Below are positions 46,406 through 55,930 of a stretch of DNA of 63,107 nucleotides, piece by piece. Location: IMG/VR virus record IMGVR_UViG_3300030104_000829, positions 1 to 63,107 of that record, one strand, 5' to 3'. The translations under genes were made by a program, and so were the position numbers. The notes under the pieces were generated by a model. That model saw only the letters and a program-made list of their open reading frames with translations, did not search any database and had not been told where the DNA came from. The stretch is from a virus (lineage: Duplodnaviria; Caudoviricetes). Position 1 is the stretch's first letter; every line of letters starts with the position of its first letter.

Positions 46406-46812
46406 GAAGTTTAATTTTATTTTTATTTACAACATTTGCTTTTAGTCAAACAAGTGTACCTGAAGACAAATGGATAGATGATAGTAGTTTTGAAAAAGCT
46501 ATAGCTCAAGTTTCTTCTTTTGGTGAAAACAATTTTGAAACAATAGTTGTAGAATTTTGGGCGGAATTTAATGAAAAAAATTGTTTTGAACAATGGGAGG
46601 AAATAAAAAACGCTACTTATTATAGAGTAGATATAGCTAAAGCGCCTATAGCGAAAAAGAAACATAGAGTACGCATGGCTCCGACTTTATTAATATTTAA
46701 AAACGGTATTAAAGAAGCTACATTTAAAGCTGGACTAGATTTATTATTACCTACAGATCTTAAAGAAATTCAAGCTACTATAGACGAAATAAATCAAGCT
46801 GATAAATTTTAA
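46402..46812 (+). CDS. secreted thioredoxin-like protein without CxxC
   Basis: signal peptide; VVEFWAEFN, RVDI, MAPTLLIFKNG. Confidence 0.7.
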   Translation: MRSLILFLFTTFAFSQTSVPEDKWIDDSSFEKAIAQVSSFGENNFETIVVEFWAEFNEKNCFEQWEEIKNATYYRVDIAKAPIAKKKHRVRMAPTLLIFKNGIKEATFKAGLDLLLPTDLKEIQATIDEINQADKF

Positions 46813-46814
46813 TT

Positions 46815-47276
46815 ATGGAAAATATAAGTAAACATATAACTTACGCTGAAGCTATACACTCTAATACTGCTAAACGCAAAGGTATAGATAACACTCCAAA
46901 TCCTACTCAAGTAGAAACAATGGGTTTAACTGCTAGAAAAATATTTGAACCACTAAGAAAATGGGTTGGAGGCGCAATAAAAGTTACATCATTTTTTAGA
47001 TCACCAGTTTTAAATGAAGCTATAGGAGGGTCTAAAACATCACAACACATGAAAGGTCAAGCAATGGACTTAGATGATGTTTATGGCTGTAAAACCAACG
47101 CTGAGATGTATCATTGGATAAAAGAAAATTTAAACTTTGATCAATTGATATGGGAGTTTGGTACAGATACAAATCCTAATTGGATACATGTTTCGTATGT
47201 AAATGATGAAGACAATAGAAATAGATGTTTAAAAGCTTACAAAAAAAACGGTAAAACAAAATATAAAGTAATATGA
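46815..47276 (+). CDS. endolysin, peptidase M15 family
   Basis: SFFRS..LN.AIGG...SQHMKGQAMD...WIHVS. Confidence 0.85.
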   Translation: MENISKHITYAEAIHSNTAKRKGIDNTPNPTQVETMGLTARKIFEPLRKWVGGAIKVTSFFRSPVLNEAIGGSKTSQHMKGQAMDLDDVYGCKTNAEMYHWIKENLNFDQLIWEFGTDTNPNWIHVSYVNDEDNRNRCLKAYKKNGKTKYKVI

Positions 47277-47554
47277 GTTCACCAAGTAAAATAACAGATG
47301 CTGCATACGAAAAGCAGAACAGAACTATGCGATCAGAGCATAAACGAGATACAGGTAAAACTTTAGGTAAAAGATTAACTTCTGGTAAAAATAAACGTAG
47401 AGTATCATTTGCTTGTAGATTCGCTGGTATGGCTGGCGCAATGAAAGACGCTAAAGGAAAGCCAACCAAAAAAGCAATAGCATTAAAAAAGTGGGGATTT
47501 GGTAGTGTAGAAGCTGCTAGAAACTTCTGTCAAAAAAATAAATCTAAAAAATAA
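47273..47554 (+). CDS. small basic protein
   Basis: RRVSFACRF...ALKKW. Confidence 0.6.
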   Translation: MSSPSKITDAAYEKQNRTMRSEHKRDTGKTLGKRLTSGKNKRRVSFACRFAGMAGAMKDAKGKPTKKAIALKKWGFGSVEAARNFCQKNKSKK

Positions 47555-47558
47555 AATT

Positions 47559-47699
47559 ATGGGAAAATTATTAGTAAAATTAGGATTATGGATGCAGGCT
47601 TGCTGGTGTAAGCTAATGTGCAAATGGAACTGGTTAGTATCTAAATTAATTGTAGATGTTAAAGATTGTCCAGTGGCACAGTGTGTGTGCAAAAAATAA
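47559..47699 (+). CDS. Cys/Trp/Lys-rich amphipathic peptide (46 aa)
   Basis: AAATTATG start; MGKLLVKLGLWMQACWCKLMCKWNWL...CVCKK. Confidence 0.55.
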   Translation: MGKLLVKLGLWMQACWCKLMCKWNWLVSKLIVDVKDCPVAQCVCKK

Positions 47700-47745
47700 G
47701 GAACAAAGATAACTGGGCGTACCATACCCAAAAGTTCCTGTAACG

Positions 47746-47776
47746 AAAGGGGATCTCTATTGAGGTCCCCTTTTTT
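47746..47776. terminator. terminator at convergence of the two arms
   Basis: AAAGGGGATCTC-TATT-GAGGTCCCCTTTTTT. Confidence 0.85.
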
Positions 47777-47777
47777 A

Positions 47778-49496
47778 TTATCCATCACAGGCAACACAAT
47801 CTTCACTCATAGCTTGTTGAGCTATATCTCCACGTAAAACAGATTCTGTTCTTGTATAGTATAAAGTTTTAATACCTTTTTTCCAAGCTTCAAAATGAAC
47901 TTTGTTAATCCATTTTGGTGTGGCAATACTAGGAAAAGCTAAATTTAAACTTACAGACTGATCAACATATTGCTGTCTCAAGCCTGCTTGATTAACTAAT
48001 TCTAATTGATTAATCTCTTTAAAAGTCTTAAATACCTCTTTTGCTGGCGTGTCATGAGCCAAGACAACATCATCAAGCTCAGTAATGTTTTGAACACTAC
48101 CACCGTCAGCAAGTATTTTATCCCATGTTTCATTGTTGTTTATTTTAAGTTTTCTAAGAAGCTTAACTAATGTAGGATTTTTTCTTATAAAAGTTCCTTT
48201 AGCTGATTGCTCTGTAAATACGTTTGCAGCCCAAGGTTCTATTCCGGGTGATACGTTTCCACTAAGCTTCGAATTACTAACAGTGGGAGCAACAGCACGC
48301 AAGTGAGTATTCCTATAACCAGTATTAGCACACCACAAAGGCTCGCCATAAGTTTCAGCAAGAGCCATAGAAGCTCTTTCGCTCTCAATTTTAATCTGAC
48401 TAAAAATTTTCCTAGTTTCAAACTGAGCAAGTAAACCTTCGAACGATATACCTTTTTCCTGTAAATACGTGTGCCAGCCCAAGACGCCGAGCCCAAGTGC
48501 TCTTCCTTTAGTTGCTGATCTGACTGCGTTTTCAAAACCTCGTAAGCCCTTAGCTCTTTGTATAAACTCCTCCATAACTCCGTCCAAAAACCATATACTG
48601 TCATAAATAAGGTTTGTACCTTTCCATTCTTCATATTTTGCTAGATTTAAAGATGATAAACAACATACAAAACTGTGGTTTTCATCTGTGTGTAATGTAA
48701 TTTCAGAACATATATTTGTCATATGAACCTTTAAGCCATTGTCTTTGTATGCTTTGGGGTTTTGCTTATTCGTATTTCCTTTAAATAAAATATAAGGTTC
48801 ACCAGTAGCTTTTCGTTTCTGTAACAACTTACCCCATTTTTTTCTGGCTTTTTTATCTCCAGCTTCAAGTCTTCGCATAAACTTATCACCGACGACAGCG
48901 CACTGGTGTAGGTTAAGAGATTGTCTATTGACATCTCCTTTTGGCTCTCTAATCTCGAGCCATTCTTCAAAATCGTCATGTTCAATGTTGATATTAACTG
49001 ATGCCGCTCCTCTTCTGACAGATCCTTGATTAGTGGCAAGTATAGTTGAATCATATATTTTACAAAACGGTACAACTCCATCACTTGTTCCATTACCTGT
49101 TATTTTAGCTCCGGCGGGTCTTATTTGATTTATACCGATACCAACTCCACCGCCGTGTTTAGCGAGTAGCATCATCTCTAAATTTTTACTACCTATATCT
49201 TGTATTGAGTCGGCAACATCAATGCCAAAACAACTAATAGGCAAACCACGATCCGTTCCAGTGTTGGATAAAACAGGACTAGCAAGGCATAACCACCCAT
49301 TCCAAATATAGTCAAAAAATTTGTTAGCCAGTTCGGGTTTGTATAACCTCCTAGCGACGGTTTTAGCAACTCGCATATACGCTTCACGAGGTGTTTCATC
49401 TGGAAGTAAGTAGCCTCCAGATATAGTTTTTTTATAAACATCTGTATCACCCCACTTAGGGTAATCTTCTCCTTTTTTCCATTCATTATTCCACAT
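47778..49496 (-). CDS. nrdA: ribonucleotide reductase class I alpha subunit
   Basis: PISCF, GGGVG, TNICSEI, APTVS, DQSVSLN, KTLYY, C-terminal CVAC; start placed at MWNNEW. Confidence 0.95.
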   Translation of the reverse strand: MWNNEWKKGEDYPKWGDTDVYKKTISGGYLLPDETPREAYMRVAKTVARRLYKPELANKFFDYIWNGWLCLASPVLSNTGTDRGLPISCFGIDVADSIQDIGSKNLEMMLLAKHGGGVGIGINQIRPAGAKITGNGTSDGVVPFCKIYDSTILATNQGSVRRGAASVNINIEHDDFEEWLEIREPKGDVNRQSLNLHQCAVVGDKFMRRLEAGDKKARKKWGKLLQKRKATGEPYILFKGNTNKQNPKAYKDNGLKVHMTNICSEITLHTDENHSFVCCLSSLNLAKYEEWKGTNLIYDSIWFLDGVMEEFIQRAKGLRGFENAVRSATKGRALGLGVLGWHTYLQEKGISFEGLLAQFETRKIFSQIKIESERASMALAETYGEPLWCANTGYRNTHLRAVAPTVSNSKLSGNVSPGIEPWAANVFTEQSAKGTFIRKNPTLVKLLRKLKINNNETWDKILADGGSVQNITELDDVVLAHDTPAKEVFKTFKEINQLELVNQAGLRQQYVDQSVSLNLAFPSIATPKWINKVHFEAWKKGIKTLYYTRTESVLRGDIAQQAMSEDCVACDG

Positions 49497-49498
49497 AT

Positions 49499-49768
49499 TT
49501 ATACTCCATTTATTAAGTGTATTATCCAAGCTATTAAACCGTTTATATTTAAAGCTACTAAATTCCATTGTTTGCGTGATGATGTTTGTACTATCACGCA
49601 TATAAATCCTATAATAAAAAATACAGGTTCAATTGTCCATTGACCAGCAATAACAAAACCCGCACCCATGTATCCAACACGTGATGCAAACTTTTGCCAA
49701 GATGTAAGTTTATTAGTGTAGCGTAAGGCTTTAATCAACCTGTACTTCAGTCTCCTCTTTGCTTTCAT
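49499..49768 (-). CDS. small membrane protein
   Basis: about three hydrophobic segments. Confidence 0.55.
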   Translation of the reverse strand: MKAKRRLKYRLIKALRYTNKLTSWQKFASRVGYMGAGFVIAGQWTIEPVFFIIGFICVIVQTSSRKQWNLVALNINGLIAWIIHLINGV

Positions 49769-49952
49769 CTTTTTTAGTTACTTCGTTTTTTAATTTTTCT
49801 AACGCTTCGTCATAACCAGGCATTTTCTTTATTGTTTCTAAAGTACCAACAGCTACTTCTCTAGTAAACTGTAATTCAGTTATAAGTTGTTGCAAAACTC
49901 TAGTCATTGCTTCAACTTTATTTTTCATTTCTATTAATTTAGTCTCTTTCAT
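49731..49952 (-). CDS. hypothetical protein
   Basis: 73-aa helical ORF. Confidence 0.6.
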   Translation of the reverse strand: MKETKLIEMKNKVEAMTRVLQQLITELQFTREVAVGTLETIKKMPGYDEALEKLKNEVTKKDESKEETEVQVD

Positions 49953-49990
49953 ATAAGTCTTCGTATATATCTTCGTTTGTTATTTTTATA

Positions 49991-50959
49991 TTACCAAATA
50001 TCTTCAAAGTCTTCTCCTTCATTAGCTTTGCTATAGTCTGTCGGACGAATAGAGAAAAAATCAGTATGGGTAATGCCCCCGGTAAGATGATAAAACCAAT
50101 CAAGCTTAGCCGCTGCTTCAGTGTCATATTTGAACTTATCTTTAAGTTCTGTATAACCGAGTTCCATAAGTTTTTCATTTGTTCTTTTTCTTATAAATTG
50201 TTTTAAGTCATAAGATTTTATGCCTTCTATATCACCCATTTCAAACATCTTGTCAATATACTTTTCTTCAAGATCTACCATAATTTCAGCAGCTTTTACT
50301 ACATCTGGTTTACAAGCAAATAATAATTCATTATCTTCTTCACACATATGTCTAAATAATCTACAGCCCATTTTGCTGTGTAGTGATTCATCTCTTACAG
50401 ACCACTTCATTTGTTGCCCGATACCCTTAAGTAAATTTCGAAGCTGAAAACTATACAGCACTGCAAAAGCACTATACAGACTAACTCCTTCAGCGAAGGC
50501 TGAAAATACAGCCAAGCTTTTCGCAATACCCACAGATTCAGTACCGTCGTAAGCAACAAGATTATCAAAGCGATTAGCCGTTGCTTCTTCATGTAAGAAA
50601 GCTTCATAATCTTCTAGTTTTAATGTTTCATTTAAATAACTATATGCTACTGCATGGATTGTTTCTTGCGATCCAAACATCATAGCCATTTGTTGTATTT
50701 CATGTTTAGGAAACCAACTTACTACTTTTTGGGTCCAGTAATCAGAAACCGCACACTCCGTCTGCGCGAAGCCAAGGAGTATATTACCGACCAAGTTCTT
50801 TTCTTTATCATTTAGTTTTTCGTTCCAATCTTTTACATCTCCGCTCATAGGTATTTCAGTATGTAGCCAAAATGCCTGAGCTTGTTTTAGCCAACCCTCA
50901 GTATAATACTCAGGATATTCAAACGGTTTGTACGCTACGCGCTCATTAAATAATCCCAT
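49991..50959 (-). CDS. nrdB: ribonucleotide reductase class I beta subunit
   Basis: FWLHTE, ETIHAVAYS, EGVSLYSAF, RDESLH, DFF. Confidence 0.95.
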   Translation of the reverse strand: MGLFNERVAYKPFEYPEYYTEGWLKQAQAFWLHTEIPMSGDVKDWNEKLNDKEKNLVGNILLGFAQTECAVSDYWTQKVVSWFPKHEIQQMAMMFGSQETIHAVAYSYLNETLKLEDYEAFLHEEATANRFDNLVAYDGTESVGIAKSLAVFSAFAEGVSLYSAFAVLYSFQLRNLLKGIGQQMKWSVRDESLHSKMGCRLFRHMCEEDNELLFACKPDVVKAAEIMVDLEEKYIDKMFEMGDIEGIKSYDLKQFIRKRTNEKLMELGYTELKDKFKYDTEAAAKLDWFYHLTGGITHTDFFSIRPTDYSKANEGEDFEDIW

Positions 50960-51105
50960 TAGCTATATATTTCTAACGCTAGATCAATAAACGGCACATA
51001 TAATACATGTGTTGTTTGATTAGTTTCATTGTAAGATCTTACTCCGAATAATATACCCGGATAAAACCCTAATGATAAACTCCAGCTTTTGTTTTGTTTT
51101 TTCAT
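50959..51105 (-). CDS. small protein (48 aa)
   Basis: MKKQNKSWSLSLGFYPGILFG; coupled to nrdB. Confidence 0.5.
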   Translation of the reverse strand: MKKQNKSWSLSLGFYPGILFGVRSYNETNQTTHVLYVPFIDLALEIYS

Positions 51106-51251
51106 ATTATATTCTTACTTAATATTAAAGGTGAAGCATCTTTATTTGTTGAAACAAAATAACAACACTTACCTTCCATTACTATTATTTCTTTATTTTT
51201 AAATGTTTTAGGGTATTTTTCTAAAACATAATCAATAATATTTGATTCCAT
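51102..51251 (-). CDS. small protein (49 aa)
   Basis: MESNIIDYVLEKYP; ATGA overlap with next gene. Confidence 0.45.
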   Translation of the reverse strand: MESNIIDYVLEKYPKTFKNKEIIVMEGKCCYFVSTNKDASPLILSKNII

Positions 51252-51356
51252 AATAATCTTGTTTTGCTACTAATTCTTTATATTTTATTTTACCTCTAAT
51301 ATCCCAGCTCCACTTCCACCATTTATCAATTTGGCGCTCTGCGTATTTACGCCTAG

Positions 51357-51812
51357 CTATTGCTTTAGCTTTTCGAGGATCAGTCTTACTGTTTCGTCGC
51401 ATTCTTTTTGATTTTGAGGTTTATATAATGTAAATGGTCCTATTTTGTTTTCTGTTAAAAGTTTTTTAAACATCTTCCACCTAATTGGAAAAGATTCATT
51501 TGGTCTACCTTTAGTTTCTATTATAAAACCTTTACCTACAAAATCAGGAGTATATTTTATATTAAATATTTTTTTATTGCCTCTGTTTTTATAATCACCT
51601 TTACTGTTGCCGCATCTTTCATATGACTCAAATGGAAAATCAAAAGCTTCTTGTAGTTCAAAAGTCTCGCCTTCATATAAAGCTTTAATCTTTGCCTTTT
51701 TTAAAGCCATGTACATATAGCGTTCAAGACCTGATGCAAAGTTAATACCATCATATGTTATCTTCTTTGATTGAACAGGACCTCTTTTTCTTTTATAGCT
51801 CTTCTTCTTCAT
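51357..51812 (-). CDS. PD-(D/E)xK endonuclease (T7 endonuclease I-like)
   Basis: FASGLE, YTPDFV...IIETKG. Confidence 0.8.
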   Translation of the reverse strand: MKKKSYKRKRGPVQSKKITYDGINFASGLERYMYMALKKAKIKALYEGETFELQEAFDFPFESYERCGNSKGDYKNRGNKKIFNIKYTPDFVGKGFIIETKGRPNESFPIRWKMFKKLLTENKIGPFTLYKPQNQKECDETVRLILEKLKQ

Positions 51813-52059
51813 GTACTTGGATTCTGTTTAACATTGCTTCTTCGATCTCATCAGTCAAACAACGTTTAGCAGCTTCGATGTATAGCAAAGCGTCCATAAG
51901 CTCTTCTTGTACATCAACTAAAAAACGATTAAGATCTTTTTCCTGACCTTCAATCTCTTGCATCATTGTAGCTCCGTATTTTTTTTGTCCTACTAAACTA
52001 CGTTCGTCCATCTTCCTTAGTACTTGCTGTACTATCTTGTCTTCAGTTTTAATTCTCAT
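51793..52059 (-). CDS. MazG-like all-alpha NTP pyrophosphatase-like protein
   Basis: GQKKYG...QEELMDALLY. Confidence 0.55.
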   Translation of the reverse strand: MRIKTEDKIVQQVLRKMDERSLVGQKKYGATMMQEIEGQEKDLNRFLVDVQEELMDALLYIEAAKRCLTDEIEEAMLNRIQVHEEEEL

Positions 52060-52825
52060 CTTTTACAAATGTTCCGTTAATCATTTTACCTGTACGCGCA
52101 GCTATTTCTACATAAGCCGAATCAATACAGTCTTCTATTTCTGTGCCTTCTAAGTGAGCTAAGTTTGTCAATACAACAACTATATCTCCAATAGCATCTA
52201 TTATTTCTGGCTTATCATTTTTAAGCAATGCTTTAGCTAATTCACCAGCTTCTTCTTGAAGCTTAACATATTGCGTGTGTGAATTACCTTTGTCATATAA
52301 ACCTCTAGTCGCAGCCCAGTCTCTTATTAAATCAAATCTATCTGGAAAATGATTATTATTTAAAACTAAGTCCGGGTTATGGTGAGGATTAAAAAATGCT
52401 TCATAAAAAGCCTTGTTATATACATAACACCTATTAGTATTATACATTGACTCTTTTATATTAGCCATTATCCACGGAATATTTTGTTTGTTAATTTCAA
52501 ACTGGCCAAAATCCGTTTGCCATTTTAAACCTATATTATCGTGTAATTGTCCTTTTAATTTATTAACTGGACAAGGGAAAGTTGAGGTTTGCTGTGTTGC
52601 GTTTATTTTCATTTTATTAAATAAGTTTTTATATAGTTTTCTATCTACTTTGTAGCCATAAGACTTTTGAAGTTCTATTTCACGGTCTGATATATAATCT
52701 ATATCGTTTGACTGTTCAAGAACTTCATACTCATTCTCCTTATAACCTTGCATAAGGGTAACTCTGGTATTAAGATCACGTGTAACACCGATCTTTTTAC
52801 CTGGTATGTGGTATAAATAATACAT
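52049..52825 (-). CDS. GIY-YIG-like domain fused to MazG-like pyrophosphatase
   Basis: YYLYHI..KKIGVT..LNTR; KLQEEAGEL...DAIGDIVVVL. Confidence 0.7.
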   Translation of the reverse strand: MYYLYHIPGKKIGVTRDLNTRVTLMQGYKENEYEVLEQSNDIDYISDREIELQKSYGYKVDRKLYKNLFNKMKINATQQTSTFPCPVNKLKGQLHDNIGLKWQTDFGQFEINKQNIPWIMANIKESMYNTNRCYVYNKAFYEAFFNPHHNPDLVLNNNHFPDRFDLIRDWAATRGLYDKGNSHTQYVKLQEEAGELAKALLKNDKPEIIDAIGDIVVVLTNLAHLEGTEIEDCIDSAYVEIAARTGKMINGTFVKDEN

Positions 52826-52827
52826 AA

Positions 52828-53469
52828 TTATAATTTATCGTTATATAAGTGCATGTTATGTGCGTGGTGGTAATACCAACCAATTTTAAAATTTAGTCTC
52901 TCTGCAATCATTTTTTGCAATGATGAAAACTGATATTGATCATTGCAGAAACCGTACCAGATGTCATTAGAACGCATATAGACAGACATACAAAGCTCAT
53001 CATTTATAATTGTAAACTGAATAGCATAAGTACAAGGTGTATCTTTCTTGTATTTATCAAATTCTTTAGCGTCGTATATACTAATCGCTGCATGACGCGT
53101 ATTAGGGTTTGTTTTAAGCTTCGCGCAGACATAGTCTATTTGAGCTTTACGTTTCCATTGGTAACCATAATTACTATTTACCTCACGATTACTGTCTGCC
53201 ATGCGTTCCCATATTGGTGGTACTTTACCATACAGTTCACCAAGCTTGTCAATACTAGGATCACCGGACAGATACCATTGCCACTCAGCTTCAGCATATT
53301 CTAAACTCCAATTACGCTGTTTGTTTTTTATATGATTATCTTCTGGATTCAATATATAAAAACCACAATTAAATATAGCTTTAGTATTATCAAAGTCTAT
53401 ACCACTTATAATAACTTCATCAAGTAAAGCCTCATACGCTTCATCTGCATTGTGAAATTTATTTCTCAT
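52828..53469 (-). CDS. thymidylate-synthase-fold dCMP hydroxymethylase-like enzyme (T4 gp42 type)
   Basis: NSNYG, PCT, MRSNDIWYGFCND with Asp at the ThyA Asn177 position. Confidence 0.8.
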   Translation of the reverse strand: MRNKFHNADEAYEALLDEVIISGIDFDNTKAIFNCGFYILNPEDNHIKNKQRNWSLEYAEAEWQWYLSGDPSIDKLGELYGKVPPIWERMADSNREVNSNYGYQWKRKAQIDYVCAKLKTNPNTRHAAISIYDAKEFDKYKKDTPCTYAIQFTIINDELCMSVYMRSNDIWYGFCNDQYQFSSLQKMIAERLNFKIGWYYHHAHNMHLYNDKL

Positions 53470-53704
53470 ATTTGTCGTAATAATATTTATAAAACTCATA
53501 CATTTTAATCCATATAGTATCTTTACCATATGTAACCGGTGATCTATTAGTTTTTTTGTTAATCTCTATATCTAAGTACCATGTCGCTTCTCCAGTTGCA
53601 AACGGGGAAATATATATTCCATTGTTTATACACCAGTGATACGCTTTTGTTTCCTCTAACGTAGGCAAATAGCTTCCCATTATTTGTTTTTTTACTCTCG
53701 GCAT
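53459..53704 (-). CDS. hypothetical protein
   Basis: 81-aa coupled ORF. Confidence 0.6.
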   Translation of the reverse strand: MPRVKKQIMGSYLPTLEETKAYHWCINNGIYISPFATGEATWYLDIEINKKTNRSPVTYGKDTIWIKMYEFYKYYYDKYEK

Positions 53705-55429
53705 CTATTCCCATGGCATTGGTTCATCATTAATACTTATTGGTTCGAAAGGTATAAAACAACCTGATTTATGTTCCCATTTAAAATGGGCTTCAGCACC
53801 GTTTTCACCAAGGTTTTGAAATTTTACTTTAAGAACCTTAGCTTTAACTGTTTTAGCTTCATAATCTCTGTGAACTAATATACCGTGATAACTAGCATCA
53901 TACCATTCACCACCACCTTTTATATTATACATTGTTGGCTCTTCAATTTTACCGTCTTTGTCTTTATACATTTTAGTAGGATGTGCTACGATAAACACTA
54001 ATACATCAAACTTTTTAGCAAAAGTTTCTATTTTAGTAAGATACTCCATTGTATAGCGATTTACATCTTCTGTTTTACAATCAACATCTCTTACTTTATT
54101 ATAAGGATCAATAACTAAGCATTTAATTCCTTTTCGTTTAACTAGCTCTGCACCTTTACGTAATACAGATTCTAATGTATAACGCTCCATGTCTATGAAA
54201 AAGTAGTTATCGTTAACGTGATCAGCTACTGTATTCCATTTATCTCCATGTATATCTGCTGACGTTGGCATACCTTTCCATGTTTTACGCATTAACTTGT
54301 GAGCATGTAAATACGTGGGTGCATTTTCTGGTGATGCAAAAGCCGTTTTCCAGCCATAATTACGATTGTAACCTACAACCATCTGGTCAACAAAATCAGA
54401 CTTACCACTACTAGGTATCCCAGTAACAGTAATAAACTGTCCGGTGTAAGTGCTAAAAATGTTGTCAAAGTTTTCCAAGCCGACTTGATAGCCTTTTTTA
54501 AATCCATTACGAACAAAGTCTGTAACCTCGTCTTCAATGTCTTTAAATGTTGTAACATTTTCAAGAGGAACAGGCCTCGCTCTTGAAATAATTTCTGATA
54601 ATCTCTCTGATCCATGTTTTATTAGATATTCATTAGCGTCTTTACAATCATCAAACGAAACTAAATAACATACTTCAGCACCTAATCTTCTAACTAGTTC
54701 AGCTTGTAATGCTTGACCTGCTTCATCTGAATCAACAGCTAATATTATTTTTTCTTTATCTTCAAAATAATCTATACAATTATCAAGATAATCTAAATTA
54801 TTACTATTAAGTGTAGCGCCGTTAGGAACTGATATAGCGTTTGGTATACCAGCTTCATGTAACGCTAACACATCCATTTCTCCTTCAGTTATAATACAGT
54901 ACTCATAACCTACAATACTATTAATATTATAGAATACTTTTTCAGCACCTTTATATAACTTAAAGTTTTTACGACCATCTCTATATTTAACATTAATAAG
55001 TTGATCGCCCATAAAGTAATTAAACTTTATAGTATTCTCGGTCTTACCGGTTTGCGGCATATACTCAAGACCCTCACCGACTTGTAAGTCGACCAGAGTC
55101 TGAGCTGATATACCTCTTGTTTTAAACCATTTCAAGACTTTTTGCTCTGGATCACCAGTTATATTATAATCCTCTTGTTTGTCAACAGGTCTTACATATT
55201 CTTTTTCACTAGCTCCTTTACGTTGATAAGTATGTAGTTGAAATGATGTATTACAATTGTGACAAGTACCGAGACCCCGTTCCCAATCATAAGACGCACA
55301 TTTTGCCTTTTGATTCTTGGGTTTTCTAGTGTGCGAGCAAAGAGGACATATACCCTGCTTTTTCCCTTCTTCTAGCTTATGTTGATTGAACTCATCAATC
55401 AAAAATCCATTGATCTCTACTGTCTGCAT
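53705..55429 (-). CDS. primase-helicase (T7 gp4/Twinkle-like)
   Basis: Zn finger CPLC..CHNC, TOPRIM EGEMD/DSD, GIPSSGKS, LVID, VAHP, KVKF. Confidence 0.92.
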   Translation of the reverse strand: MQTVEINGFLIDEFNQHKLEEGKKQGICPLCSHTRKPKNQKAKCASYDWERGLGTCHNCNTSFQLHTYQRKGASEKEYVRPVDKQEDYNITGDPEQKVLKWFKTRGISAQTLVDLQVGEGLEYMPQTGKTENTIKFNYFMGDQLINVKYRDGRKNFKLYKGAEKVFYNINSIVGYEYCIITEGEMDVLALHEAGIPNAISVPNGATLNSNNLDYLDNCIDYFEDKEKIILAVDSDEAGQALQAELVRRLGAEVCYLVSFDDCKDANEYLIKHGSERLSEIISRARPVPLENVTTFKDIEDEVTDFVRNGFKKGYQVGLENFDNIFSTYTGQFITVTGIPSSGKSDFVDQMVVGYNRNYGWKTAFASPENAPTYLHAHKLMRKTWKGMPTSADIHGDKWNTVADHVNDNYFFIDMERYTLESVLRKGAELVKRKGIKCLVIDPYNKVRDVDCKTEDVNRYTMEYLTKIETFAKKFDVLVFIVAHPTKMYKDKDGKIEEPTMYNIKGGGEWYDASYHGILVHRDYEAKTVKAKVLKVKFQNLGENGAEAHFKWEHKSGCFIPFEPISINDEPMPWE

Positions 55430-55438
55430 TTAATTTAA

Positions 55439-55747
55439 TTAAAATGGTAAATCATCTACCGGTGCCGCAGCTGGTGTAGCTTTAGCAGGTTGGTCTTGTC
55501 TTGGTGCAACATCTACGTTGCTGCCGTTTGTCCATACTACTTGTACGTTGCCTAAGTAAACTTTAGCAGTTTTAGCCTCACGCTCCTCTTTAGTTTGTGC
55601 TATACAAACTGGACCGTTATTACCAAACTGATCTACTTCGTCATTTAACGTAATAGTAATAGGTAAGTATTTACCTTTTTTACCCTCGATAACTTTTGAT
55701 TTATCGATGTTAGTAAGGTTAATACTGGTTTTAATTATACTAGCCAT
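55439..55747 (-). CDS. single-stranded DNA-binding protein
   Basis: GKKGKYL, DQFGN, YLGN; acidic tail DDLPF. Confidence 0.75.
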   Translation of the reverse strand: MASIIKTSINLTNIDKSKVIEGKKGKYLPITITLNDEVDQFGNNGPVCIAQTKEEREAKTAKVYLGNVQVVWTNGSNVDVAPRQDQPAKATPAAAPVDDLPF

Positions 55748-55748
55748 A

Positions 55749-55928
55749 TTATACGTATTGATTTATTTGATTAAACATTCTTTGCATCTGCTCTTTAGTA
55801 GCTCCAGTAGTTCTTCTTAAGTTATCTACTGCTTTAACATGAGTTTGATTAGCGTAAAAGTTGTTTACACTAGTTTCTAATCCTGTTACACTACATACTT
55901 TAGTTTGGTTTTTTCTGGTTCTTGCCAT
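55749..55928 (-). CDS. small protein (59 aa)
   Basis: MARTRKNQTKVCSVTG; fills the gap. Confidence 0.55.
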   Translation of the reverse strand: MARTRKNQTKVCSVTGLETSVNNFYANQTHVKAVDNLRRTTGATKEQMQRMFNQINQYV

Positions 55929-55930
55929 AA

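Noticed and set aside
52828-53469. Plain thyA call
   Set aside because: Asp at the substrate-specificity position and gp42-like motifs
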